Shown here piece by piece: positions 28,878 through 38,653 of a stretch of 64,000 bases of DNA. The stretch comes from Spirochaetia bacterium. Lineage in GTDB: Bacteria; Spirochaetota; Spirochaetia; SZUA-6; Bin103. The notes beneath the pieces were generated by a model. The model was not told where the DNA came from. It did not search any database and saw only the letters and a program-made list of their open reading frames with translations. The stretch's first letter is position 1. Every line of letters starts with the position of its first letter. The DNA is taken from contig OZ241907.1 in NCBI GenBank assembly GCA_965203515.1, positions 2,304,001-2,368,000 of the forward strand, read 5' to 3'. Made by a program: the position numbers and the translations under genes.

Positions 28878-31844
28878 TCACTCCTCACCTGCGATCGAGC
28901 GCGCGGCTTCCGCCCACGGCGAATCCGGGAAGTTGTCCAGGATCCGCTGCGCGAGCGCCCGCGCGGCGTCGGCACGCCCGGCTTGAGCTTCGGCCTGGGC
29001 CGACCGATAGATCGCCTCCATGCGCAGGTCGTTCTCGGCTCCGTCTACCAGCGCAGCGTCGAGGAATGCCGCGGCCGCCGCTGTCAATTCCCGGCGCCGC
29101 AGGTAATAATCGCCGAGCGACAGGTGAGCGCGGACCAGAACCGCGGCGTCCTGGGCGGTCGAGGTCACGTCCTGCAGCAGCCCGAAGGCGCGGTCGGTGG
29201 GCGCCGTCTCGTCGAGCAGGTACAGACGCGCCAGCTCCAGCATCGCCTGCCGCCCCTCGGCGGTCGTATCGCCGCCCAGTCGAGCCACCGAGGCCGACAG
29301 TTCGGCCTCCCTGACGGTCAGGCCGGACATCAGCAATCGGACCTTCGCCACGCGCTCAGTCGTGTCGAGCGCTCTCGCCTGATCCGGATGCCGCGCCACC
29401 AGCTCGTCAAGGCTCCTCAGCGCGGCGGCGTAGTCCCCCTTCGCCACGTATGCTTCCGCCCGCAGGCTCAGCGCCTCGGGATGAAAGGTGCTGTCCGGGA
29501 AGCGATCGATCAGATTCGACCACAGGAACACCGCTTCCTGTGGCTCTTCCAGGCGTTGCGCCGCCAAACCTCCCCAATAGAGAGCAGCGGGAGCCGACTC
29601 CCCGTTCGGGTTCTCCTGGCGATACCGGAAGAACGCACGCTTGGAGCGGCGGTAGCGGCCCTCCTCGAACAACGTCTCGGCGCTCCGAAAGAGCGCCTCG
29701 GCGCGCAACGAGCTCTCCGAGTAGCGGTCGACCAGCGTCTCGAACGCCGTCACGGCCCGCTCCGCGTCGCCCGCCTCGGCGGCGGTCTCCGCGTACTCGA
29801 ACAGGGCGTCGTCGGCGATGGCGTCGATCGGGTACCGCTCCCAGACTTCGCGGTAGGAGCGTTGCGCGTCCGCCACTCGGCCCAGGTTGCGCATGCTCTT
29901 CGCGTACAGATAGCGAGCTCGCGCCGCCAAGCCGGCGCCGGCGCGGTCCGCCACGTCCCCGAACCGGACGGCCGCCTCCTCGAACCGTTCGTCGCTGTAG
30001 TACGCCCAGGCGGTCAGGAACAGCGCTTCGTCGTCGCTCGCCCGGCTCTCCAGGATGGCAACGGCCTCCTCGAACTCGCCAAGTCGGTAGAGCGCCCAGC
30101 CGAGCCAGTAGTCGGCGTCCGCGGCCAGATTGGCCAGCTCGCCGCCCATCGCACGCTGTAGTCCCGGCTGGCGGAGCAGATCGATGCCGTTGCGATAGCG
30201 CTTGAGGGAGATCTCCGAAACGCCCTGCAGGTACGCGGCGACGGCGTCCGCGCCGGCATCGCTGTCGGCCAGGTCGGGGACCGCGGTGCGCAGATAACCG
30301 GCGTATTGGACCACCGCCGCGTGGTCGCCCACGTCGAATGCCAGCTTCATCCGGTCGATCTGCGCGGGGACGTCGGCGGGGAGCAGTTCGATCAGCTCGT
30401 CGAGCCGCTGCAGGGCGATTTCCGGCCGGCCGTCGCTCCGCGCGAGGTTGGCGCGCAGGCGCAGCAGGTCGGCGTGATACCGGCTGCCCGTGACGATGTC
30501 CTGCGCCTCCTCGGCCGCGCCGACGGCGTTCGCCAAGTCGCCGGCTCGATAGAACGCGTAGGCGGCCAGATAGGCCGCTTCGGCGCGGCGCGAAGATTCC
30601 GGGTACCGCCGTCCGAAGTCGTCGTACAGAGCGGCTGCTTCGGCGAACCGCTGTTCCTCCAACGCAATGCTGCCGAGCATCATCCGCGCCGCTGCCGACC
30701 GGCTTGGCGCCAGCTCGATGAGCCGCGCGAGGACCTCCTTCGCCTCCGACAGGAGATCCGCCTCCGTAGAGGGGTCGGCGTGAATCAACGCCATCGCCAA
30801 GTACAGCGCTGCCGTGCCCTCGATCTTGCCGGCGGCCAGTTCCCGCTCCCATACGCGGCGCAGGAACAGCTCGGCGAGTTGGTCCGCGCCCCGTTCATAG
30901 TTCTCGATACCCAGACGAAGCCAGAAGTCGGTCAGGATCTCGGGGGAAGAAGCGAAGCGGCTCTCCGCACTGTCGGTCCAGCTCTGCATCGCGTCCATGT
31001 CGCCGGCCCGGCGGGCCGCGGCGAACAGCCGGCGATGCGCGGGCGCCGCGATCTCCGGATTGGCCGCCACCAGTTGCCGGTAGAATCCGGTAGCCGATTC
31101 GACCCGGTCGAGCGCCCACAGCGCTTCGGCCTGGTAGAACAGGAGCTGGTCGCGATACCGAAGCGGATAGGAAGCGGTCGGCAGACCGGATGCGAAGGCG
31201 ATCAACTCCTCGTGCTGGCCGCCAGCCAAATAGCTGTGCGCAAGCAGGACCGCGGCGTAGGCGGTCGTGGCGTCGGACAGGCCCTCGCTCCGGCGGAGCA
31301 GCTCGGACAGCGGCTCCTGCGCCGCGGCCACCCGGCCGGCCCCCAACTCGGCGAGACCTTGGTACAGCAGCGCCTGCGGCCGCCGTTCCGGCGCCGCGTC
31401 GGAGCTGGCGAAGCGCTTGAGATCGAGCGCGGCAGCCTCGAATGCGCCGAGCCGGTATCGGACGATACCGGTCCAGTACGGTATCTCGTCCCGGAACGAG
31501 GCCAACCGGTAGCGGCTTTCGATCAGATCGAAGGTCTCCAGCGCCTCCTCATAGCGGCCCAGATGATACAGCGAGACCCCTCTGCCGTAGTGGACGTCGG
31601 CGATCGACTCGGAGTTCGGGTAACGGGTGAGAAAGGCATCGTAGACCTGCATGGCGAGCTCGTACTCGCCTTCGGCCATGCGCTTGCCCGCCTCCTTCAG
31701 GAGCTCGCGCTCGTCGGCCCAGAGAGCCGGGGGAGCGACCGCCGCGGCTATCGCCAGGCAGACGCCGACGCGGCACCCGGTGGTCCCGAGCAAGCTCGAC
31801 ACCGTCCGGCGAAGGTTCGCGCCCGCGGACATGCACCCGTTCAT
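28878..31844 (-). CDS. large secreted tetratricopeptide repeat protein
   Basis: Signal peptide (..PPALWA); TPR/BamD-like repeats throughout (YPNS..ADVHY.RG, YPESSRRAEA, FPDSPWAEAA); AAGGAAGG RBS. Confidence 0.9.
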   Translation of the reverse strand: MNGCMSAGANLRRTVSSLLGTTGCRVGVCLAIAAAVAPPALWADERELLKEAGKRMAEGEYELAMQVYDAFLTRYPNSESIADVHYGRGVSLYHLGRYEEALETFDLIESRYRLASFRDEIPYWTGIVRYRLGAFEAAALDLKRFASSDAAPERRPQALLYQGLAELGAGRVAAAQEPLSELLRRSEGLSDATTAYAAVLLAHSYLAGGQHEELIAFASGLPTASYPLRYRDQLLFYQAEALWALDRVESATGFYRQLVAANPEIAAPAHRRLFAAARRAGDMDAMQSWTDSAESRFASSPEILTDFWLRLGIENYERGADQLAELFLRRVWERELAAGKIEGTAALYLAMALIHADPSTEADLLSEAKEVLARLIELAPSRSAAARMMLGSIALEEQRFAEAAALYDDFGRRYPESSRRAEAAYLAAYAFYRAGDLANAVGAAEEAQDIVTGSRYHADLLRLRANLARSDGRPEIALQRLDELIELLPADVPAQIDRMKLAFDVGDHAAVVQYAGYLRTAVPDLADSDAGADAVAAYLQGVSEISLKRYRNGIDLLRQPGLQRAMGGELANLAADADYWLGWALYRLGEFEEAVAILESRASDDEALFLTAWAYYSDERFEEAAVRFGDVADRAGAGLAARARYLYAKSMRNLGRVADAQRSYREVWERYPIDAIADDALFEYAETAAEAGDAERAVTAFETLVDRYSESSLRAEALFRSAETLFEEGRYRRSKRAFFRYRQENPNGESAPAALYWGGLAAQRLEEPQEAVFLWSNLIDRFPDSTFHPEALSLRAEAYVAKGDYAAALRSLDELVARHPDQARALDTTERVAKVRLLMSGLTVREAELSASVARLGGDTTAEGRQAMLELARLYLLDETAPTDRAFGLLQDVTSTAQDAAVLVRAHLSLGDYYLRRRELTAAAAAFLDAALVDGAENDLRMEAIYRSAQAEAQAGRADAARALAQRILDNFPDSPWAEAARSIAGEE

Positions 31845-31892
31845 CCTTCCTTATTGAATGACGGTACGAAACGCCGCGTTCTTGACGTAAAA

Positions 31893-32303
31893 CTACAAGC
31901 TCGGCGCCGGCCCCCGGTCCCCGGCGCGACCCGCCGGCGCTTCGGCCGCCCCGGCGGGAGCGCGCCCCTCCAGCGTGCGGCGGGATGAGCGGACCGCGAC
32001 CAGCGCCGCTACCAGCTCGTCGCGGATCTCCGCCAGTTTCGCCCGGAGCGCCGGGTCGACCCGTTCGGTCTCCTGCCACAGGCGACGGCGCGTGCCTTCG
32101 ACCGTGTACCGGGCTCCCTGGAGCAGGTGACGGACGCGGAACAGCACGTTCACCTCGAAACTGCCGTATACCCGCCGTCCGTAGGCGTTCTTGCGCGGGG
32201 AGATCAAGGGAATCGACCGCTCCCAATAGCGCAGGATGTGTGGTTTGACGCCCAGCAGCTCGCTGACCTGTCCGATCGAGTAGTACGTATCGCCCCCCTT
32301 CAA
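31893..32303 (-). CDS. MerR-family HTH regulator
   Basis: YSIGQVSELLGVKPHILRYWE..PRKNAYGRRVY; TTG start overlaps the der stop. Confidence 0.88.
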   Translation of the reverse strand: MKGGDTYYSIGQVSELLGVKPHILRYWERSIPLISPRKNAYGRRVYGSFEVNVLFRVRHLLQGARYTVEGTRRRLWQETERVDPALRAKLAEIRDELVAALVAVRSSRRTLEGRAPAGAAEAPAGRAGDRGPAPSL

Positions 32304-33685
32304 CTCCTGCCGGCGCGGCCGTGCCCGGACGTCCCGCGTACGTCGACGATGATCGGCACCCGGTCGAAGCCCAGGTCCGCGCGCGCCCGGTTTTCCAGGA
32401 AGCGGCGGTAGTGGGCCGGCACCTGAACCCGATTGACGAAGAACAGCAGACGCACCGGGTTCGCGCCGGTCTGCACGCCGTACTGCACGCGCAACGACTG
32501 GCGGCCGGGCGCCGCTCGATCGGTCGAACCGCCAGCGCCCGACGTGCGGTTCCAGCGTTGCACCGCCTCGTTGATCCGGCTGGTGGAAATCGTGCGCGCG
32601 CGTTGCCTGCCGACCTCGACGCACGCGTCGAGCAGGGCCGCGATGCCGGATCGCGTACGAGCCGACAGCGTGACGAGCGGTACGTAGGAGAGCGCCGGCA
32701 AGTGGCGGCGCGCCCGTGCGATCACCTGATCGCCCTCATGCGGCCGGCACAGATCCGACTTGTTGAGCGCTACCACCAGGCCGCTCCCCTTGCGAACCGC
32801 CAACGACGCCAGCCGCTTGTCCTGATCGGCGATCTCTTCGCATGCGTCCGCAAGCAGCACCGCCACGTCGCTCCGCTCCAACGCAGCCACGGAGCGTTGC
32901 GTGGAGTAATACTCCACCGGTTCATGGACGCGGGCGCGCCGACGCAGGCCCGCGGTGTCGATCACTTCGAACTGCGCGCCGCGCGCCGCGAAGCGGCCGA
33001 TCACCGGGTCCCGTGTGGTGCCGGGAGTCGAGTCCACCAGGGCGAGCGGCCGGCCGATGAGCGCATTCAGCAGGGTCGACTTGCCGGTATTGGGACGGCC
33101 GAGCAGCGCAAGACGGACCACCGGGCCGCCCCCCGGGTCAGCGGCGGCCGGGGCGGCGGCGACCGGTTCCGCCGCGTCGGCGCGAGCGGCGGCCGCGGCG
33201 GCCAGCCGCGTCCTTGCCAGCTCGGTCAGCGTCTCGATGCCCCGGCCGTGGGCGGCGGAGACCGCCACCACGTCCCGGAAGCCGAGCTCGTGGAATCGCG
33301 CCGCATCGGCGTCCCGGCCGGCATGATCGGCCTTGTTCACCACCACGATCGGCTCGGCGCCGCTACGGCGCAGAGCGCCGGCCAGCTCGTGGTCGGTAGC
33401 GGTCGGCCCGTCGAGGTCGACGACCAACAGGACCACGTCCGCGGCGGCAGCGGCATCGCGAGCGCGGACGCTCACCCGGCCCGCAAGGGGTTGGTCGCTG
33501 CGGCCGGTGATCACGCCGCCGGAGTCGATCAGCGTGCTCGCCGCGCCGCCGAGGCTCCACGTGCCGTAGCCGAGGTCTCTGGTGACACCGGGAGCCGCAT
33601 GGGTGATCGCCTGCCGGGCGCGGCAGAGGCGATTGAACAATGTGGACTTGCCGACGTTGGGCCGCCCAAGGATGGCGACAGTCAT
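32300..33685 (-). CDS. der: ribosome biogenesis GTPase Der (EngA)
   Basis: Two G domains: GRPNVGKS/DSGG/NKAD and GRPNTGKS/DTAG/NKSD; KH-like tail with FLEN. Confidence 0.95.
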   Translation of the reverse strand: MTVAILGRPNVGKSTLFNRLCRARQAITHAAPGVTRDLGYGTWSLGGAASTLIDSGGVITGRSDQPLAGRVSVRARDAAAAADVVLLVVDLDGPTATDHELAGALRRSGAEPIVVVNKADHAGRDADAARFHELGFRDVVAVSAAHGRGIETLTELARTRLAAAAAARADAAEPVAAAPAAADPGGGPVVRLALLGRPNTGKSTLLNALIGRPLALVDSTPGTTRDPVIGRFAARGAQFEVIDTAGLRRRARVHEPVEYYSTQRSVAALERSDVAVLLADACEEIADQDKRLASLAVRKGSGLVVALNKSDLCRPHEGDQVIARARRHLPALSYVPLVTLSARTRSGIAALLDACVEVGRQRARTISTSRINEAVQRWNRTSGAGGSTDRAAPGRQSLRVQYGVQTGANPVRLLFFVNRVQVPAHYRRFLENRARADLGFDRVPIIVDVRGTSGHGRAGRS

Positions 33686-33741
33686 GGTGTGTGGAGCGCT
33701 CGCCGCGACGGTGCGCCTGCCGGGACGATACGCCTTCCGGC

Positions 33742-33770
33742 ACGTTACGCCCGCCGGGCCGCGCTGTCAA
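33742..33770 (-). promoter_or_regulatory. sigma70-like promoter of der
   Basis: TTGACA-17-TAACGT. Confidence 0.6.
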
Positions 33771-33842
33771 ACTCCGCCGCCGGTTCGTAGAACTGCGGCG
33801 GCGTCAAATCGCTCCATCCGGGTGCCGATGATTGCAGTAGAC

Positions 33843-34598
33843 ATGGCGCGCAAGCGGTTATCCGTCGGTTTCCTGTTCTGGTTGGCCTTGGTGGCGGCGG
33901 TGCTGGTCGTGTTCGTGTTCAGCCGTCCGACCATCGAACGGGTGCTGGACTCGACCGACTTCTTCTCGGCGGTGACGGCGGACAACTCTTCTCCGGTCGT
34001 GGTGTTGCGGCCGTCCGGCAAGGCCCCGAACGGGTACGCGAATCAGAAGCCGGCGGCCGAACGTGCGGGGACGACCGCGCCGGAGCCGGCGGCCGTGCCG
34101 GAGCCGGTGCCCGCCTTCCGTCCGGGGAACGCCGCCGCGCCGTCGCCGGCGGCGCCGGTGTCTCCTGCCCAGGATCGCACGGCCCGCGTCTTCTTCGTGC
34201 TGGTCGACAAGAACGGCGAGATCCGACTCCAAGGGGTACAACGGACGGTCAGCGCCGACGGGCCGCCGCTCACGTCGATGCTGCGCGAGCTGCTGGCCGG
34301 ACCCACGACCGCCGAACAGCGACACGACCTGATCAGCCTGCTCCCCGATGAGGTGGAACTGCACCGAGTGTCGGTGCACGACGGCACCGCGGTGATCGAC
34401 CTGGGCCAAGCGTTCCGGTTCAGCTCGCTTGGACGCGAGGGACTCCTGGCGCGGCTGCAGCAGCTCGTCTACTCGGCGACCGAGTTCCCCACCGTGGACG
34501 CGGTGCAGGTGCTCATCGACGGAAAGAACGTCGATTATCTCGGCCCGGAAGGGATCTACATCGGCGAACCGCTGACCCGCGAGTCGTTCGGATCCTGA
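33843..34598 (+). CDS. GerMN domain membrane protein
   Basis: N-terminal TM; ELLAGPT..E, DGTAVIDL, LQQLVYSATEFPTVDAVQVLIDG. Confidence 0.88.
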   Translation: MARKRLSVGFLFWLALVAAVLVVFVFSRPTIERVLDSTDFFSAVTADNSSPVVVLRPSGKAPNGYANQKPAAERAGTTAPEPAAVPEPVPAFRPGNAAAPSPAAPVSPAQDRTARVFFVLVDKNGEIRLQGVQRTVSADGPPLTSMLRELLAGPTTAEQRHDLISLLPDEVELHRVSVHDGTAVIDLGQAFRFSSLGREGLLARLQQLVYSATEFPTVDAVQVLIDGKNVDYLGPEGIYIGEPLTRESFGS

Positions 34599-34642
34599 GC
34601 GCCGGCTCCTGAGTGCGCTCGGCGCCTCGCCGGTGACCGACG

Positions 34643-35470
34643 TCAGCCATGCGCCACCTGCACCCGTTCGATCGACACCGCTCGACCGTTGCCTGCGTCT
34701 ACCTCGACGTGGACGGCGTTCAGCACGCCGGCACCGTCCGCCACCGTCAGCTTCAACGGCATCTGCGACAGGCTGCGCCGAACCGAGTCCCGCGGGTCGA
34801 AGCCGATCACGCCTCCGCTCGGCCCGGTCATGCCGACGTCGGTGATGTAGGCGGTGCCGCCGGGCAGGATGCGTTCGTCGGCCGTGGTCACGTGGGTGTG
34901 CGTGCCGATCACGGCCGAAACCCGGCCGTCGAGATGCAGAGCCAGCGCCTCCTTTTCCTCGGATGACTCAGCGTGGAGATCCACGACGATCACCGATGCC
35001 TTGGCGCGCAGTGCGGCGACGGCCCGGTCGGCGGTGCGGAACGGACAGCGCGGCGACGGCAGCGCGTGCCGGCCCTGGAGGTTGAGCACGGCGACGTCGG
35101 CGCCCGGCGCGTTCACGACGCACCACCCATGCCCCGGAGCGTCGGCCAAGTAGTTCTCCGGTCGCAGCAGGCGCTGCTCGCGGTCGAGCGTCGGGTGCAG
35201 CGCCGGATGCTGCCAGACGTGGTTGCCGGTGGTGATCACGTGGACGCCGAACCCGAAGATGCGATCCACCAACTCCGGAGTCAGTCCATACCCGTCGGCC
35301 GCGTTCTCACCGTTGGCGATCACCACCGCGGCGCCGGTGCGCCGCTTGAGGCCGCGCAGCCCGGCGAACACCACGTGCATACCGGCATCGCCCACGATGT
35401 CCCCGATCAGGACGATGTGAACGTTCGTGGATGCCCCCTTACCGCGCGTATTCGGTGATCCGGGTCTCAC
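34643..35470 (-). CDS. ymdB: YmdB/TIGR00282 metallophosphoesterase
   Basis: IGDIVG, NGENA, TGNHVW, DLHAE..SEK-like, GTHTHV, TDVGMTG; follows rny. Start uncertain. Confidence 0.92.
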   Translation of the reverse strand: MRPGSPNTRGKGASTNVHIVLIGDIVGDAGMHVVFAGLRGLKRRTGAAVVIANGENAADGYGLTPELVDRIFGFGVHVITTGNHVWQHPALHPTLDREQRLLRPENYLADAPGHGWCVVNAPGADVAVLNLQGRHALPSPRCPFRTADRAVAALRAKASVIVVDLHAESSEEKEALALHLDGRVSAVIGTHTHVTTADERILPGGTAYITDVGMTGPSGGVIGFDPRDSVRRSLSQMPLKLTVADGAGVLNAVHVEVDAGNGRAVSIERVQVAHG

Positions 35471-36968
35471 GGATCACCGTCACCTTGATGCGGCCGGGGT
35501 ACGTGACTTCGTCCTCGATCCGACGCGCGATCGCGCGGCCCAGCTCGCCGGCGCGGTCGTCGGAGACCGCGTCGGCGCTCACCAGGATGCGCAGCTCGCG
35601 GCCTGCCTGAATGGCGTAAGTCTTTTCCACACCTTCATACTCGCCGGCGATACGCTCCAGATCCTCGAGCCGCTTCAAGTAGTTGTCCAGCGCTTCCCGC
35701 CGCGCCCCCGGACGCGACGAAGAGACGGTGTCGGCGATCTGGACGATGATGGCCTCTACCGACGCCGGCTCGATGTCGTTGTGGTGGGAGCCGATCGCGT
35801 TGCATACCACGTCGTTCTCACCGATCCGTCGGGCCAAGTCCATGCCAAGCTCAGCGTGGCCCACCTCGCCGTCGGAGACCATGCCTTTGCCCACGTCGTG
35901 CAGCAGCGCCGCCCGCTTCGCCGACTTGGTGTCGGCGCCTACCTCCACGGCGATGAACCCGGCCAGCACCGATGCCTCTTTCGAGTGGTTGAGCTGGTTC
36001 TGCCCATAGCTGGTTCGGTAGCGCAGGCGGCCAAGCGCCGCCACCCCGTCGGGATGCATGTCGTGGATGCCGAGCTCGAACAGTACCCGCTGCCCCTCTT
36101 CGAACAGCGTCTGCTCCAGCTCCCGCATCACCTTGCGTACCACTTCCTCGATCCGCGCCGGGTGGATGCGTCCGTCGGAGACCAGCCGCTGCAGCGCAAG
36201 CTTCGCCGTCTCCCGGCGAACCGGATCGAAGCACGAGAGGATCACCGCCTCGGGCGTATCGTCGATGATGATATCGACGCCCGTGAGGGTTTCCAGCGCA
36301 CGGATGTTCCGGCCTTCCCGGCCGATGATCCGCCCCTTCATCTCGTCCGAGGGCAGATCGACCGAGGTGACGCTGGTCTCCGCGGTGATCTCGGTCGCCA
36401 AGCGCTGCATCGCGGAGACGATCATCGACCGGGAGCGCCGCTCGGCGCCCTCCGCCGCCTCCGCCTCGATGCGGCGCACCAGATCGTGCGCGTCCCGACG
36501 AGCTTCCGTTTCTATGTTCGCGGTCAGTTGCTGCTTGGCCTCTGCGACCGTGAGCTGGGCGACCTTCTCCAGCTCTGCATTCAGTACGGCCCCGGCTTCA
36601 TCGAGGGCGCCCTCTCGCTCCGTTACTTGCTGCTCGCGCTTCGCGAGTGCTCGTTCCTGACGATTTACGGTCTCAAGTCGCTCCTGGAGGCTCTCTTCCC
36701 TCTGACGGACCTTCCGTTCGTAGCGCTCGATCTCGCGCCGTTGGTCCCGTGCTTCCCGGTCCAACGTCTCGCGTTCGGCGAGCAGCAAGTCCTTCGTTTC
36801 GATGAGGGCCTCGCGTTTCTTCTCTTGTGCCTCTCGAATCGCGTCTTGGAGAACTCTTCGTGCCTTCTGCTCCGAGGAGGAGAGTTCGAATCTGGCATAT
36901 GACCATCGGACGAGCCAGCCGATCAGCAAACCGGCGAGAGGAAGCATGAAGAACCATACGAGCTCCAT
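35439..36968 (-). CDS. rny: ribonuclease Y
   Basis: N-terminal TM, coiled coil, KH (MKGRIIGREGRNIR), HD domain (LLHDVGK), QAGRELR. Confidence 0.98.
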   Translation of the reverse strand: MELVWFFMLPLAGLLIGWLVRWSYARFELSSSEQKARRVLQDAIREAQEKKREALIETKDLLLAERETLDREARDQRREIERYERKVRQREESLQERLETVNRQERALAKREQQVTEREGALDEAGAVLNAELEKVAQLTVAEAKQQLTANIETEARRDAHDLVRRIEAEAAEGAERRSRSMIVSAMQRLATEITAETSVTSVDLPSDEMKGRIIGREGRNIRALETLTGVDIIIDDTPEAVILSCFDPVRRETAKLALQRLVSDGRIHPARIEEVVRKVMRELEQTLFEEGQRVLFELGIHDMHPDGVAALGRLRYRTSYGQNQLNHSKEASVLAGFIAVEVGADTKSAKRAALLHDVGKGMVSDGEVGHAELGMDLARRIGENDVVCNAIGSHHNDIEPASVEAIIVQIADTVSSSRPGARREALDNYLKRLEDLERIAGEYEGVEKTYAIQAGRELRILVSADAVSDDRAGELGRAIARRIEDEVTYPGRIKVTVIRETRITEYAR

Positions 36969-37019
36969 TGCGTTCCTCCATGGTGGCTGTGCCCACGGTA
37001 CGGGCGCCGCCGGTCAAAG

Positions 37020-37958
37020 TCAAGGCGGAGGCCGGCCGGGCGATTCCGGGACCCCCAGCGATTCCGGGGTCCCGGAACCCGCGGCTCGCACCAGTCCGAG
37101 CCGCGCGGCCAGGGTGGGCGCGTCCCACGCGCGGCCGTCGTCCGCGGCCGCCAGCAGCAGGTAGGCCGGCCTTCCGCCGGCTTGCGCGGGCAGCAGGGCC
37201 AGGCGGGCGATTCTACTGCGCGCTGCGGCGGGCAGGCGCTCCGCCATCCCGGCGAGCCGGTATGGCGAACCGACGGCGATGACCGTGACCCGCCGGGTCA
37301 GGTAGCGCGCGGCCACCGGATCGGCGGGCGCATACGTCAGCCGCCCGGCCGAACGTCGAAGGATCCCGGTCACCTGCCGTGCGCGGTACCCGCCGGAAGA
37401 TTCACGGACCAGGAGCGCCGCGCCGATCGCCTTCGCCCTGCGGCAGAGACGATTCAGCGCCCGAGTGAACGGCTCCGCCGCGTCCGCCGCCGATCCGGCG
37501 GCGAACGCGTCCAGGTCGATGCCGTCGGGGAGCAGCCGCAGCGGCTCGCCGTCCGGCGACCGCGCCGGCGCGCCGGGCGATCTCGGCGGCGAGCCGCCGA
37601 TCACCGCTGCCGCCAGCCGTCGCAATCCCGGATCGCGCCCTCCCCCCCCGGATCGACCGTACGCGTGGCGCTGAACCCGGTAGATGCCGCCCTCCGCTGC
37701 CACCGCCGGCGAGTCGTCGGCGACCAGATCGAACAGTTCCCGGATGGTATGGAGGTCGAGGCGCTCCGGCCGCTCGGCGGTATCGGGTTCCTCGACCGCC
37801 GGGAGAGCTTCGAGCAGCTCCTCGACCCGCTCGACGCCGCGCGCAGGGAGTGCGAGCGCCGGACTCATCGCCGGGTACCGATCGCCGCCTGCCGCCGGCA
37901 GCGTCTCCAGTTCCTCGAACTCCGGCGGGCGGTCCCCGTCCGCTGTGCCCGGCTCCAC
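37020..37958 (-). CDS. hypothetical protein
   Basis: 312-aa ORF filling the gap; acidic N-terminus (EFEELETL); no family recognised. Confidence 0.6.
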   Translation of the reverse strand: MEPGTADGDRPPEFEELETLPAAGGDRYPAMSPALALPARGVERVEELLEALPAVEEPDTAERPERLDLHTIRELFDLVADDSPAVAAEGGIYRVQRHAYGRSGGGGRDPGLRRLAAAVIGGSPPRSPGAPARSPDGEPLRLLPDGIDLDAFAAGSAADAAEPFTRALNRLCRRAKAIGAALLVRESSGGYRARQVTGILRRSAGRLTYAPADPVAARYLTRRVTVIAVGSPYRLAGMAERLPAAARSRIARLALLPAQAGGRPAYLLLAAADDGRAWDAPTLAARLGLVRAAGSGTPESLGVPESPGRPPP

Positions 37959-38016
37959 GCTTGCCCCCGGTATCAGTCTATAGCAGAGAACCCCCGCCGC
38001 CCTTCACCGTCACCCC

Positions 38017-38592
38017 TTAACCGGATCGGCCGCGCAGGCGGCCCCACACAACCGCGCAGCCGCAGAGGACCAGCAGGACGACCACGCACGCCGCTCCCGC
38101 CACCGTGGTGACGCCGGCGCCGCCCGCCGGCGCCGGTTCGCGCGGCCCGCTCCGAGCATCCAGCAACGCCTGGTCGAGGCTCCGTATCGGGCTGTGCAGC
38201 CGGAAGCGGACGCGACCATCCATGAGCCGGGCCAGATAGGCCATGCTGGCGCCGAGCAGCGCGCCGGCCGGACCGGGCAGGCGCAGGCGCGAATCGACCA
38301 TGAGGCGCGAGACGAACAGCAATCCGCCGAGGGAGGCGGCCTTGCCCGCGCCGACCATCAGCGCGCCCTCCGTGACCGCAACTCCTCCGATGCGCAGGAG
38401 TACCCGGCCGGCGGGGGTGAGCAGATTGAACACGACGGTCGCCGCAAGGAACACCGCGGTGCGCCGCAGGCGCAGCCTCGGCTGCACCAACCATGCAAGC
38501 ACGGAGCAGATGAACGCCTGTGCGCCGCGCAGCATCAGGTCTTCCTGCGCCACCAGCGAGGCCGCCAGCAACACTCCGGCAGCCAGCCGCAT
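38017..38592 (-). CDS. membrane protein, weak EcfT-like similarity
   Basis: 4-5 TM helices; FNLLTPAGRVL..VTEGAL..G pattern. Confidence 0.65.
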   Translation of the reverse strand: MRLAAGVLLAASLVAQEDLMLRGAQAFICSVLAWLVQPRLRLRRTAVFLAATVVFNLLTPAGRVLLRIGGVAVTEGALMVGAGKAASLGGLLFVSRLMVDSRLRLPGPAGALLGASMAYLARLMDGRVRFRLHSPIRSLDQALLDARSGPREPAPAGGAGVTTVAGAACVVVLLVLCGCAVVWGRLRGRSG

Positions 38593-38653
38593 GCCGGCCG
38601 ACAGGTTGCCGTCGAGCCAGCGAGCTGCTGCGGCTCTCAGCGCAGGCGGACGC

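Noticed and set aside
36969..37019. 6S RNA or tRNA near rny
   Set aside because: The intergenic space is too short and no cloverleaf or 6S-like structure is seen.
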